Shown: positions 50,401-60,601 of the stretch, piece by piece
How the letters are laid out: each line of letters starts with the position of its first letter
Numbering within the stretch: the first letter of the stretch is position 1
Assembly (NCBI RefSeq): GCF_003704095.1
Contig: NW_020844837.1
Span: forward strand, 124,001-188,000
DNA from: Pocillopora damicornis
Taxonomy: Eukaryota
DNA length: 64,000 nucleotides
Reading direction: 5' to 3'
Program-made: the position numbers and the translations under genes
Notes under the pieces: generated by a model
Told to the model about the DNA's origin: nothing
Seen by the model: the letters and a program-made list of their open reading frames with translations, nothing else
Databases searched by the model: none

Positions 50401-53164
50401 GACTTAATGGTATATTTTTGTTTTTCTTGCTTGGCAGGAAATTCAACCATCTCTTCAGGAGTTAGCTGTGGACACTTATGGTAGGAAAGTGTTAATGTAT
50501 CTGGTGTGTCCACGGAGCCCCAGCCATTTCCATCCCACCACTGTGGAGTTGCTTAAGAAAGGGGATGGAAACTCCACCAGGTGTAGTACCACAAGTTTTG
50601 CCTTCGATTATTTCTGACCTGGCAGTAATAGTCCAAGTCTTGATTATAAAAATCCACACTTATTCTGACTTGTTATGAACAAGAGTTTCTTATTCTTGCT
50701 GATATCCTCTGAACACAACATAAATCCATTCATTTCTGTTTGGTACTGAAGAGAGTTTGTACCAGATATTTTTTTTATTTGTTAACAAGCAGCTGTAGGC
50801 ATATATATGTAAACTTTGAATGTTTTCATCAGATTTATCCACTTTTTCAGGTTATCAGTCAGGCCTTGACCAGTTATTTGTTTCCCTCATACATTTTTTT
50901 TTTTTTCGTTATTTTTCATTATTTCAGCAAAAAAGATTCACATCAGAGGCAAAATGAACTCTTGGAAGGAATTTCACCGGCACTGTTAGAGCTGATAGAG
51001 AAAATTGCAGAAGAGTTGTTATTTGATAAAGGAGGTTGCCAACTTGTTCTGGCTGCTCTTCTTCAATGTGCTGGTGGGTTTTCCTGATAGTTTCAATTTA
51101 AATTTTTTCTCTTTTTAAGAGGTTAGCTAAGACTCCAAATAATTTCCTGGCTTGCACCAGTCAAGCTGTCTAGTCAAACCTATCTTTGCTCAAACACAAT
51201 CTACTTGCAACTGGAGAAATAACCATTTCATCATGAAATTTTCATTGAATCTTAGCCCCTTCTGGTGTAATAGCCAAACTTTTTTTTCATAATTTTGGAC
51301 GCTAGTGTCCGATTTTAGAAACTATCAAATTGGTATTACCTTAGTTCCAAATTAAATTGATGACATGTTAATTATTTAATTTTTTTTTTTCATTTTCAAG
51401 GAGATGTGGAGCGTGCTATGATGGCTATTGTGAACTTAGCTAACAGAGATCTTGATCCTTCAACTGAAGACGAAGTAAGAAGAATCTATGAGTTTAATCA
51501 TTTTTTTACTTTCTGGTTTATACGTTTGTCACAATCTATTCTGATGCCTCCTTGTGGGAGATCACTCTTTTCTATGGATGCCGGTGAATTCTTTCAGTAT
51601 TTGAAACACAATGTTTACTTGCGACATGCAATTGTCTTCCGTGCAAAGGATCATGTTGTGAAGAGTGCTGCTGGTCATTTCGCGTTGAAGAGGCTTATTA
51701 ACCAGGACAAGGGAAGACTACAGTCTGAAAACAAAGGTAAAAGTGTTGGTATGTGTGTTGGAGATTGACAGATTTGTGCTTAAAGGTGTATTCGTTGTCA
51801 TCGTGAGTTTGATAAGAAATATGGGAATAAATCGATTGTGTTTAAAGACTTGTGATTTGTGACTTGTTCGGGAAACTAAACTATCATTGCTTATAGAGGT
51901 ACAGAGAGGTAGAGAGGTACCCCTGACATGAGTTCCGCACTGTACAAATGCACCCGAAGGTTTTTCGACTTTTCACGACTGTCTTCGTTTATTCAATCAC
52001 TCACCCCGTGATTCTTACACGTCCGTTCTCTTACAAGGCACAGCCATTCTTTTGTACATGTTTTAAAGGATGTCAAATTTGAATCGGAGAACCGAGAATA
52101 CTCCGCCAATACGCAGAATTCTAAGCAATTACTGGCCTTAGCTATATTTCATTCGGATGTGGGGATTATTGTCCTGTTACTCTACTCTGTTCTTCTGCTA
52201 TTACAATTCTTAACCCAACATTAGTATGAATATTCTTCACACTATACTGTATACATTTCCCAATGAGCTGATTAGGAGCATTTGTTTGGCAATCAAGAGC
52301 TGCTTTGGTTGGTGGTCATTTCCTGTATTCTTGGGATCGTAATGTTTGATTCAGGGTTGATATTGTGAGGAGAAATTAGATGCATGTCACTCTTGTAGTT
52401 TAGTCGGATCAGGGAAGGGATCTTTTTTCGGGATATTTCTTTCCGGGATATTTTTTTACGGGGCTGGGTGTGTGTGTATTAACCAAGTAGGGGACTTATG
52501 TCCTACTGTTATGCACCTGTACTTGTACTTGTACGAATCCATTAAATAAATAAAGTCTTGAGGGTTAAAGGGTTAATGAAAACCCTGATCTTAGCATGTT
52601 CCTTTACCCATCTGTCATTCCATCCTATTTGTTTTCTACGTGTTACAATTTGCGTTTCTCCCTCTGTTTTTTCTGTTTTTCCACAGTTTTATCCTTTTCC
52701 TTTTTCATTTTCTTGAAAGTTACAGTTTCTCCTAAGATGATTTATTGCTTTTACAAAATCTAAATAAATGATGTCTTTCTTGCCATATAGATGAAGTGTT
52801 GTTCAGTAAACTGCTGCTTGATAACACTGATCCCCGGATGTTGCTCGACTGGTGTAAGGTGAATAGAGGGGCTTTTGTGGTCGCAAGGTGAGGCTTGTCG
52901 TTTGTCACGCAATCCATCTAAGAAATGTGTTGCGTGACAACTTTAAACCGGCTGCTACTTGAGTTTTGCACCCTATTATCTAGTACTTTAAAACTATTTT
53001 GAATTCAGTTTCTAGACATTGATTCTTTTTCTTGCAGTTTACTTGAGAGTTCCGTCCCTGGAGTTTCAGATACAGTCAAGTCACATCTACAACCTCGGGT
53101 TTCAAAACTGAAGAAACACGATTCCAAAGGCGTACAAATCGTGTTAAAACTTCTTGCTAATTGA
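44443..53164 (+). CDS. PUM3: Pumilio homolog 3 (PUF-A/KIAA0020, nucleolar), about 19 exons
   Basis: K/R-rich N-terminus; FKHDTGRVIQACVKFG, KSKYSKFFIKK, FYGQVRKLIRHKEASSILE, QEFYG, ILHTHDGARVGMHCLWYGTVKDRKVLVKSFK, FDCVDDTVLVKK, KGDGNSTSKKD, WCKVNRGAFVVASLLES; stop at 53162-53164. Confidence 0.92.
45402..45562. repeat. Near-perfect inverted repeat (about 56-bp arms) in PUM3 intron 2
   Basis: tgactaaaatgaaacacgcatgattccctgttactctgagttt is the exact reverse complement of aaactcagagtaacagggaatcatgcgtgtttcattttagtca. Pairing extends outward and imperfectly inward. Confidence 0.9.
47245..47669. mobile_element. Nested piggyBac-like MITEs (inner element 47274-47484)
   Basis: The outer element ttaactctttaacttccaagatctgatta is interrupted at a TTAA by a complete CCCTTTAACTCC...GGAGTTAAAGGG element, then resumes and ends gggacttaatggatttaa. 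Confidence 0.75.
48398..48611. mobile_element. piggyBac-like MITE
   Basis: Ends ggagttaaagggttaa; collinear with 47274-47484. Confidence 0.7.
52210..52576. mobile_element. piggyBac-like MITE interrupted by an about 160-bp insert
   Basis: The MITE body runs to tcactcttg, then an insert ending (TAAA)n, then tcttg-agggttaaagggttaa. Confidence 0.55.
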
Positions 53165-54729
53165 CATCGAAGACGGATTTGATCGTGTTTCATCCCCACC
53201 CTTCCCTCCCCGTCCGCTCTTACTCTATCTCAGGGGGAAAACTGAGTGGGATGTACAAAAGTGCATGTAGATACGATTCAGCTAATACAACTGATTTCTC
53301 AAAGTGTAGATCTCAATGTCGTAAGGTTACGACGAGTTTTAAAAGTTCATGCTCAAAGGTAACCATCAAACTTTATCCCAGTTGTTAGATGAACTTCTCT
53401 GAAGGTCACATGATCCTGTTTAAATAAAATTTTATAACACTACACTGCGATTCGAAAATTTACAATGTTCCCAAGGTCTCAGGAATAACGCAGTAAAGCT
53501 GCCTTCAATGCAATGAACAATTATTGTGTAATTTTCCCCAGACGTCGATCATTTTCGTTTTACTGGGCAATCAGCCATCCGTCGTTTGTTCTTCGTTCCT
53601 ACGTTGAGTTATCGATCGTGTTTTTGTCGATTAATCGTCGATCGTGAGTTTTTTTTACCGTGCTTCAGTCGTTGTTTTCTTTCATTTTTCGCTGATGTTC
53701 GTTCACTTGTGCGCTTGACACTCTATTCTGAGACACAGTTCTTTTTATTATTAGCCTGAAAGCATTAACATCAAAATCAAATAGGTCGACGGAATTTACA
53801 ACTTACTGAATCAGTAACGATCACATAAAGGCTACTGTTGTTCCTGAAAACGATAACACTATAAGACACATCCTAGTAAGCCCCCAACCCCCTTCCCCTT
53901 TGGATGCTTTTAGCAATTAGTTTCCTTACCCTTACAGACAGGGTTCTATTTTGGAGGGGGGCTTGTGTGAAACTTACTGAGGGCCCTCGCAGGGTCGTTG
54001 TTATTCTTTTGAACTGTTAGCCAGATTCAATGATTATTGTGCAAAGAAACAACGTGCCATTGGTGAAATACCGACGTTACTTACAAAGAAAGCCAATACA
54101 GACTTAGGACTGCAGTTATATGTTGTACTATAAAGCCACCTTGCTCAAACAGATGGCCAAAAATTGTGACATTTTAGAGTTTGTGATAAGGGGGGAGGGG
54201 GAAGGGAGTTTTATAGAAAAAGAGGTATATGAGAGGGGGGGTAACTGGAACGGTTACTCTATTTATCCTATGATTTTGTGACGTAAAGTTAACTTATAGC
54301 TATACAGTGTTATGTTAGATACTTCATAAAATCATTTTAAAAAACTTTTGTTTTACCAATTTCTATGTAACAGAAATACTTTTAAGAACTCAAAGATACT
54401 TAATCTAAGACACTAAAAAAAATCTGAACTGTTGTAAGTGACTATAAATCAACCAACGAGCTGACTTAATGTAAACATCCACTAAAACCTCCACTAATTT
54501 TTGTCCTCTCCGTTAGTGCTCCTTAAAACGGGGGCACTGGGGACCAAGCAATCCAGGTGGTTTCATTTTCCCCAAAGTGGTAAAAGGATTAAAAACGAAA
54601 AGTGATGCGTGATCTCATGGTCAGAGCTCGCTAGACTTGTTTCTTTGGAACATTTAATGTTCGTTTAAAGCGATAGTAAAAAGATAGTTTGAAGAGAAAA
54701 GAATTTAACAAAGGAAACGATTGATCAGT

Positions 54730-57700
54730 CACTTCAGCCCTTCTCTGTTGAAGCCTTGTCGCATGTTCCTCCATGACATCCTGGGATTCATTTGATCCTG
54801 TAAAAAGAAGAGGGGCAAGTGTGTTACGTCATGTAATTGAAAGGATTCTTAAAGATGTTTCACTTGATCCTCTTGGGGCCTAGAGGTCTTTATCTGAAGT
54901 GGCACCTTTCGAGAATTCAGAATAAGAAGTCCAGTCTTATCGCGAACATTCTTTGGCCTCTGGAATGATGGGATGATTCTATGTTCCCTCACTTTTCGAA
55001 GTAAACTATCTCAGAAGAACTTGCCCCTTTTCTCATGGAAAAACTAATCGAAGCGCCATCAAATTTATTGCATAAAACTGACAGTCCTCAGAATCTGCAA
55101 AGTGGTTGTGTCCAAGGAAAGAAACTTTTTCGAAGTACCGCCCCTAATTGTAAAAAAAAAACGCTTTTCATAAAAACATACAAAATTTGTAATAATAAAG
55201 CAACTTGATACACCCTAAGATGCCTATCGTGTGTGACGCGAGTGCCATACCCCTACCCGTCTCTTAAGCCTTGCCGATAAAAGCTTAAAATTCTTCCTAA
55301 TGGAACAACTTGTCATCCCCCCAAATACAACAAAACCAGAAGGTCCTACCTATGGAACTGAACCAGTTTCTTGGTAGTTTAAGAACATATTTGCTATAAC
55401 TGAGAACATCGCAACGACTTACTTCCGGAGTACACAGCAAACAGCTACAGTTATGCACATCATGCCCAGAAACACCACGGCAATAGCTACGGCCAGCAGA
55501 ATCACAATCACTTTACGATCTGTGAAGACGAAAATAATTTTCTAACCCTGAGCTGAAACTGTGAAGTTTAGATTACCAACTCCTCCTTACTGATCATAAC
55601 TGATATTCAATCCTGTTAACATGAACTAAATGCACACCCAAATGCGTACCTACCCCTCCCCTAATCCAATTACAGTCAACTGATAACAATTGAGGGTTCA
55701 TGTTGGGCTAGGGGAGGGGTAGGTGCGCAGTTGCTCAGATACTGACATTGATCCAGCTAAATCAGGGTGAAACTAATATCTATCTTTGCCAAAGAGACAT
55801 GAAGTACCGAAGTATCCAAGACTGGCGGGATACGTACCAATTTCCTCAACGCCCTTCCCCTCATCTTTGCCTCCCTCTTTTCCTGGCTTTCCAGAAGTTG
55901 ACGTTGGTGATGTTGGGGGCTCTTTTGGTTGTGACATGGTTGGTGACGCTGTTGGTGACGTGGTTGCTGATGTTGTTGGTGACGTGGTTACTGATGTTGT
56001 TGGTGACGTGGTTGGTGACGGGGTTTGTGACGGAGATGGTGACATAATTTCTAAAGTGGATGTGACCATGGACTCTGACATCACTTGTGACATTATGGAT
56101 GTGGCTGCTTGGGGTGACATGGGTTGTGACATCGAAGGTGTTGCGGGCTCTGGAACTGATGATGGGATGACCTGTGACACTGCGGATGACTGAGATTGTG
56201 ACATCGCGGCCTGTGTTGGAGATGGTGATGGTGACTCAGTTTCTACTAATGAGGTAGGAGCCACTGATGTTGAGGCTAAATGATGGGGAAAAAATTAAAC
56301 TTACTTAAATTTGGCTTGTTTAGAGTACAAGACTATCACCGCACTTTCTTATAACCTCTGGTTTGAAATTGAGTAAGGCTTACTCCACCATCTGGGTAAT
56401 CAGCCGAAGAGAGGCCCTTGGAAGGGATGATTGCCTGTCATTTCTTTCTCTATTATTAATTAGTTATGTTGTTTTTGTTTCATTGTTGCTTTTGAAAAAC
56501 GAATTCGTCTTAAGATCGACGTCAGTTGTTGTTTGCACATTAACAATCTAACTTGAAGCGCATGATGTGTACTTTACCGAAGCCGGATAGAAAGAACTGA
56601 CGAGCAAATTTATCCTTGCATATACTACGCTCAGTGTTTTTTTTTAAATGATAATAATGATTTATCTAAACCTATATTTTAAATGAGAGTACCGTTAGGC
56701 CAAGTTCAATGTATCAATATCGTGACCTTCTTTAGAGGCTTTCAGAACAAATGATCTGCATATTTTTTTTTTGTGCTATTAGAGTCTCTTTAAACAATTT
56801 AGATTTATATCAGAAAATTTCCAAAAAGGCCTTGATTGCCTTTTAATCTATTAAAGCCTCAAGTAGGGTGACGTTTTAGTATCGTGATCGAACAATGATA
56901 TCAGCAAGAAGCCTCACTAATTGTCATCTTCCGACCAAAGACAAGTTCACAGCCCTTCTGTGAGAAGTTCGAAATCGCCATGTTATCGTGTTATTGGATA
57001 AAATCCTAAAATTTTAACTAGCCCTAACCCTTTCACTCCACGAATGACCAAGATAGAATTTCTCCTCGCAATATCCTTACAATAACAAGTACACAAGTGA
57101 CGAGAATAAAGAAAGATATAAATTAGGGGATTATTAGTTGATTCAATACCAAATTCTCCGAACTAACATCTTAAGAATTGTATGGCAGACAGTAGAAAGA
57201 ATTACGAGTGAGATCTTGGGAGCGAAAGGGTAAATACTCAATAAATGATCTGACAATGAAGTTTTGATGTCGTGAAACAGTCGATAATTCTAGCGATCAC
57301 TGACTCATAACTTTTGGAAATAAAAGTGGCAATCGTTGGGGACGCCATCCAGTTTGATTTTATCTCATTTCTCCTCCTAAAATAGAAACTCACGGTTTTG
57401 TTTCGAGAGGAAGAAACCTTTCAACGGATTTTTAGCCTACAGTTCCACTCTTTATTTTATTGCGTTCCTCAGTAATTTGTGAGTACGTCCCTAAATGTCA
57501 GTTCATGCCGGATTATCTCAAAACGGTGCGAGATATAAAACTGGATGCCCGGTGGGAACTGGATTTACCCCTAAACTTGGACGACGGACGGCTTGCTATC
57601 TGTACCCCTAAGATATTCCTTAGCGAGGTACCAGAATCCAGTTGCTGGATACCAATTCTCAGCAAGAAGTACTTCTTTCGAAAATGTTTCCAGCATAGCG

Positions 57701-59258
57701 TTGCTCTCATTTTTATAAATTTTAGCTTTCGACATTGGGGTGGTTCCAATTATGTGTAATTAAAAGGTACGAGCGGAACTTCATTAAATGCCGGTAAAAA
57801 TTAATAAACTTTGAAAGAGAGAAGCAGCTAATGATCATATATTTGATAAAGTTTTGTAGAGTATGATAGATGGCACTTGATGTTGTCATGTCACGAAGAG
57901 GTTCAACTATCAACACATTATCTAATAAATAAGTTAGTCACGATATAATACGCAATGGGTAATACAGAAAATTTTAAAATGATTAAATAGAGCTTGAATG
58001 TATTGACCCACGACGGTTTCTTAAAATATCCTTGATTTTAAAGTGTTCAGAAATTTTAAAACGATTAGAGTTTTCATCCTTTCTATATTACTTTGAACAT
58101 TATCAGTGTAATATTTCAACGTTATCGCGATCTGGTGATATTGTATTTTGTTATGATTGCAAATTTGCAGAATAGACGCCAACATTTTTCCAGTATTGTT
58201 AATTTTCACGTTGTTAATCTAAGTAATTAATTTTGATCTAGAATACAATATTTCTGCGGATGATCTTTTATATTTATTATCATGATAATATGTAAATTCA
58301 TAACTCTTAAGAAAGATGGGAAAGTGCTTCCATTTTTTCCTTTTCGATGCAAGATCAGATAATCAGAATTTACTCTTGTCATTTCTTCTGAAATCAAAGT
58401 TTCCGCTCGAATAAATAAACTATATTCTGTATTGCGCCTGATGTTAACGTAACGAGACTACAAGGAAAGGATAAAGAGTTTCTCTAAATAGCATAATGAT
58501 ATTAGAATACGGATTCTGTTGTAGTTACGTTGGATTAGCTGGTTAGAGCTGAGGAACGAAAATCCAGAAGCACTCGTTTAAAGGTCCAGCAACTGGTCAT
58601 GGGTGTGGCCCTGAGCACGTGTGCAGAGCGTCAAAAGACTGCTTCAGTTTAGAAGTGTTTTTTACGATATTATGTCAAGCAACAGCGAGAATTGTCTCAG
58701 TCTTATAAGTGTTTATCACAATATCGTGGCAAATAAAGGAATGAAAACACCTCTTGCACCTTTAAAATTGTTGTGAATTTCTTACAACGTAGTCGCCCTA
58801 TGTCACTTCTTTTCAGCTGTGGGTGAGTTAAAGGGAAAATTTGGTCTTGGAAAAAAAAAATGTCTTTAAGAAACACTTTTGTGACTCACATTGTTAGTAT
58901 TAAGAAAACCAGATTAAAAAAATATAGCAAGAGAATGAAAACACCCAAGCAATTGTAAGCAGTTAATAATTTGTTAATTCTTTTGAATTGATTTGACTAC
59001 AAATTGCTCTTCTCGTGACTATCTTAGTGTTAAAAAATCCATGAATACTGAGACAATTTCCTGTAATATTCGCCGAAGCAAGGTACCATAGGCTTCTACC
59101 TGAAGCATGAATGTCGTTTTTTTTTAATTCTGTTAATGCTAGATCATTATTCTAAGCAATAAGAATAAGTTATTTTACTTACGGGACTGACCAAATACCC
59201 CAACAATCATGAACACAACGACAAATGCTATCATTCTTGTCCTGCTACTGCACGCCAT
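54730..59258 (-). CDS. Uncharacterised mucin-like single-pass (type I) membrane protein; the C-terminal exon(s) are uncertain
   Basis: Exon 59258-59183: signal peptide MACSSRTRMIAFVVVFMIVGVFGQS. Exon 56275-55838: S/T/P-rich, in frame. Exon 55519-55423: TM segment DRKVIVILLAVAIAVVFLGMMCITVAVCCVLR. Candidate last exon from the acceptor at 54797. Confidence 0.7.
55642..55754. mobile_element. Short foldback MITE
   Basis: gcgtacctacccctcccctaatccaa ... ttgggctaggggaggggtaggtgcgc. Confidence 0.6.
55927..56043 (-). repeat. Coding 12/24-bp tandem repeat (SPTT/SATT/SVTT)
   Basis: Repeated gttggtgacgtg units encode TTSPTTSVTTSPTTSATTSPT. Confidence 0.85.
57024..57233. mobile_element. piggyBac-like MITE; a partial copy also at 62566-62731
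   Basis: ctaaccctttcactcc ... gggagcgaaagggtaa, collinear with 6714-6926. Confidence 0.7.
58525..58625 (+). mobile_element. Degenerate tRNA-derived SINE head
   Basis: A-box-like ttagctggttagagc and a weak B-box-like gtttaaaggtcc; no cloverleaf. Confidence 0.25.
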
Positions 59259-60149
59259 GTTGCTCTGTTGCTGTACTTTGATCGTTTAAGTTGGGTTTGG
59301 TTATAAACACATCGACGAGGATTGTCTTGTCTAAAGCTAAATATTGATTGTGACGCCGTTAGATGTTGCCTGCTCAATATTACTCTCCTTGATCATTTTG
59401 TGATATGCACCCATGATGTAGTAATGAATAATATGCTCTATGTTTAACTAGAAATGGGAAGGTATTAATAATACCAAGGCTATAGATCAACAGTAGAACA
59501 TCTGAAAATACTAAGAGGCCTTTACATCTTAACGGCCGTAATGAGTAGATAGGATTGTATTGAGGTACGTGAAAGAAAGTAAAAGGGGTGTAAACGAATG
59601 TTATTTACGAGAAGTGACTAATAAATGAGAAACGAAGGCGGCTAAAAACAGAGCAACAAGCAAGTGCGAGCGTCATTACGGAAGATTGTGATATCCGGCT
59701 TACTCGTTAGCAGAAAGTGTCTGAAGAGTTCATTAATCTGCGGTGTTTAGTTGTCACTATTTGGTAAAAAATATGGAACATTTGAACTTCGTAATAGTTT
59801 ACCTCTGCCTTCGTATAAGATAAAGGTTATCACAGTAATGATGTTTGATGCGAGGGTCACCGTAACCTTTGCATTGTAAAACTGAGCCCACGGTTTGAAT
59901 TGTGTACATCAAATCGTTAAACTATGTCTGATGAGAATTCTCATGTCAAATCAACAAAGAATTTTACTTTATTACAATTCAATTACGTTCACTAAAACAA
60001 TATCTTACCTAACGCGGACGTAAAGAGAGTTCATTGAGTCTTGGGATAATTTTACCTTGATTTACATTTTGCTATTTCTACATTTATAAAAAATCGTAAA
60101 ATGTGTATCTCGTTCTCACATTTACAAGAATGTGTCTAAGGAATGTGTC

Positions 60150-60435
60150 TTGGCTCTGACGAAAGGCTCACGCTCGAAACGACAGCTTCAGACAACTCTT
60201 TACGGTGTATGATTCACATAATCAACTAGGTTGATAAAAGGTAATTTAGTGTAAACAACTGGGTTGAAAACGCAAATTAGCCACCGTAAAGGGTAAAAAA
60301 GCTGACGTTTCGAGCGTTAGCCCTTCGTCAATCGCTCTGACGAAGGGCTAACGCTCGAAACGTCAGCTTTTTTACCCTTTACGGTGGCTAATTTACGTTT
60401 TCAACCCAGTTGTTTACACTAAATTACCTGCTATA

Positions 60436-60480
<45 letters not shown>

Positions 60481-60497
60481 TTTATAGGTTGATAAAA
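60150..60497. mobile_element. Young Penelope-like element with an inverted terminal repeat (60240-60484) inserted into an older copy of the same family
   Basis: 91-bp arms 60240-60330 / 60338-60428 with one mismatch. A 13-bp direct repeat taggttgataaaa lies at 60227-60239 and 60485-60497. The older copy starts ctctgacgaaaggctcacgctcgaaacg. Confidence 0.8.
60334..60367 (+). ncRNA. Minimal type I hammerhead ribozyme motif (PLE-associated)
   Basis: GCU-CUGACGA-A-GGGC(UAAC)GCUC-GAAAC-GUC-AGC: intact core, stem II, palindromic ACGU in place of stem III, and a 3-bp stem I. Confidence 0.65.
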
Positions 60498-60601
60498 CCC
60501 CAGTAAAATTAATCAAGCAGGGCTACAAATGTTGTAAATATGTATGGTACGAGTAAATCTCATAAAGCTATTTGTCCATTAGAACCGGGTTTTGAGCTTA
60601 T

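Noticed and set aside
55927-56043. CRISPR-like repeat array
   Set aside because: No unique spacers, eukaryotic context, and the repeats are coding.
55786-56193. Plus-strand Asp/Val/Gly-rich ORF resembling an acidic biomineralisation protein
   Set aside because: It is the antisense shadow of the S/T/P mucin exon. The minus strand has in-frame splice sites linking to signal peptide and TM exons.
57393-57436. AG...GTGAGT-bounded candidate exon in the mucin-like gene
   Set aside because: It introduces an immediate stop in the required phase, while exons 1 and 2 join in frame without it.
58525-58610. Possible tRNA gene
   Set aside because: No acceptor stem or proper T-loop; at best a decayed SINE head.
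27839-59258. A functional 'glycosylation cluster' of ALG6, sulfotransferase and mucin
   Set aside because: The genes are interspersed with unrelated housekeeping genes and act in different pathways; there is no sequence evidence of co-regulation.
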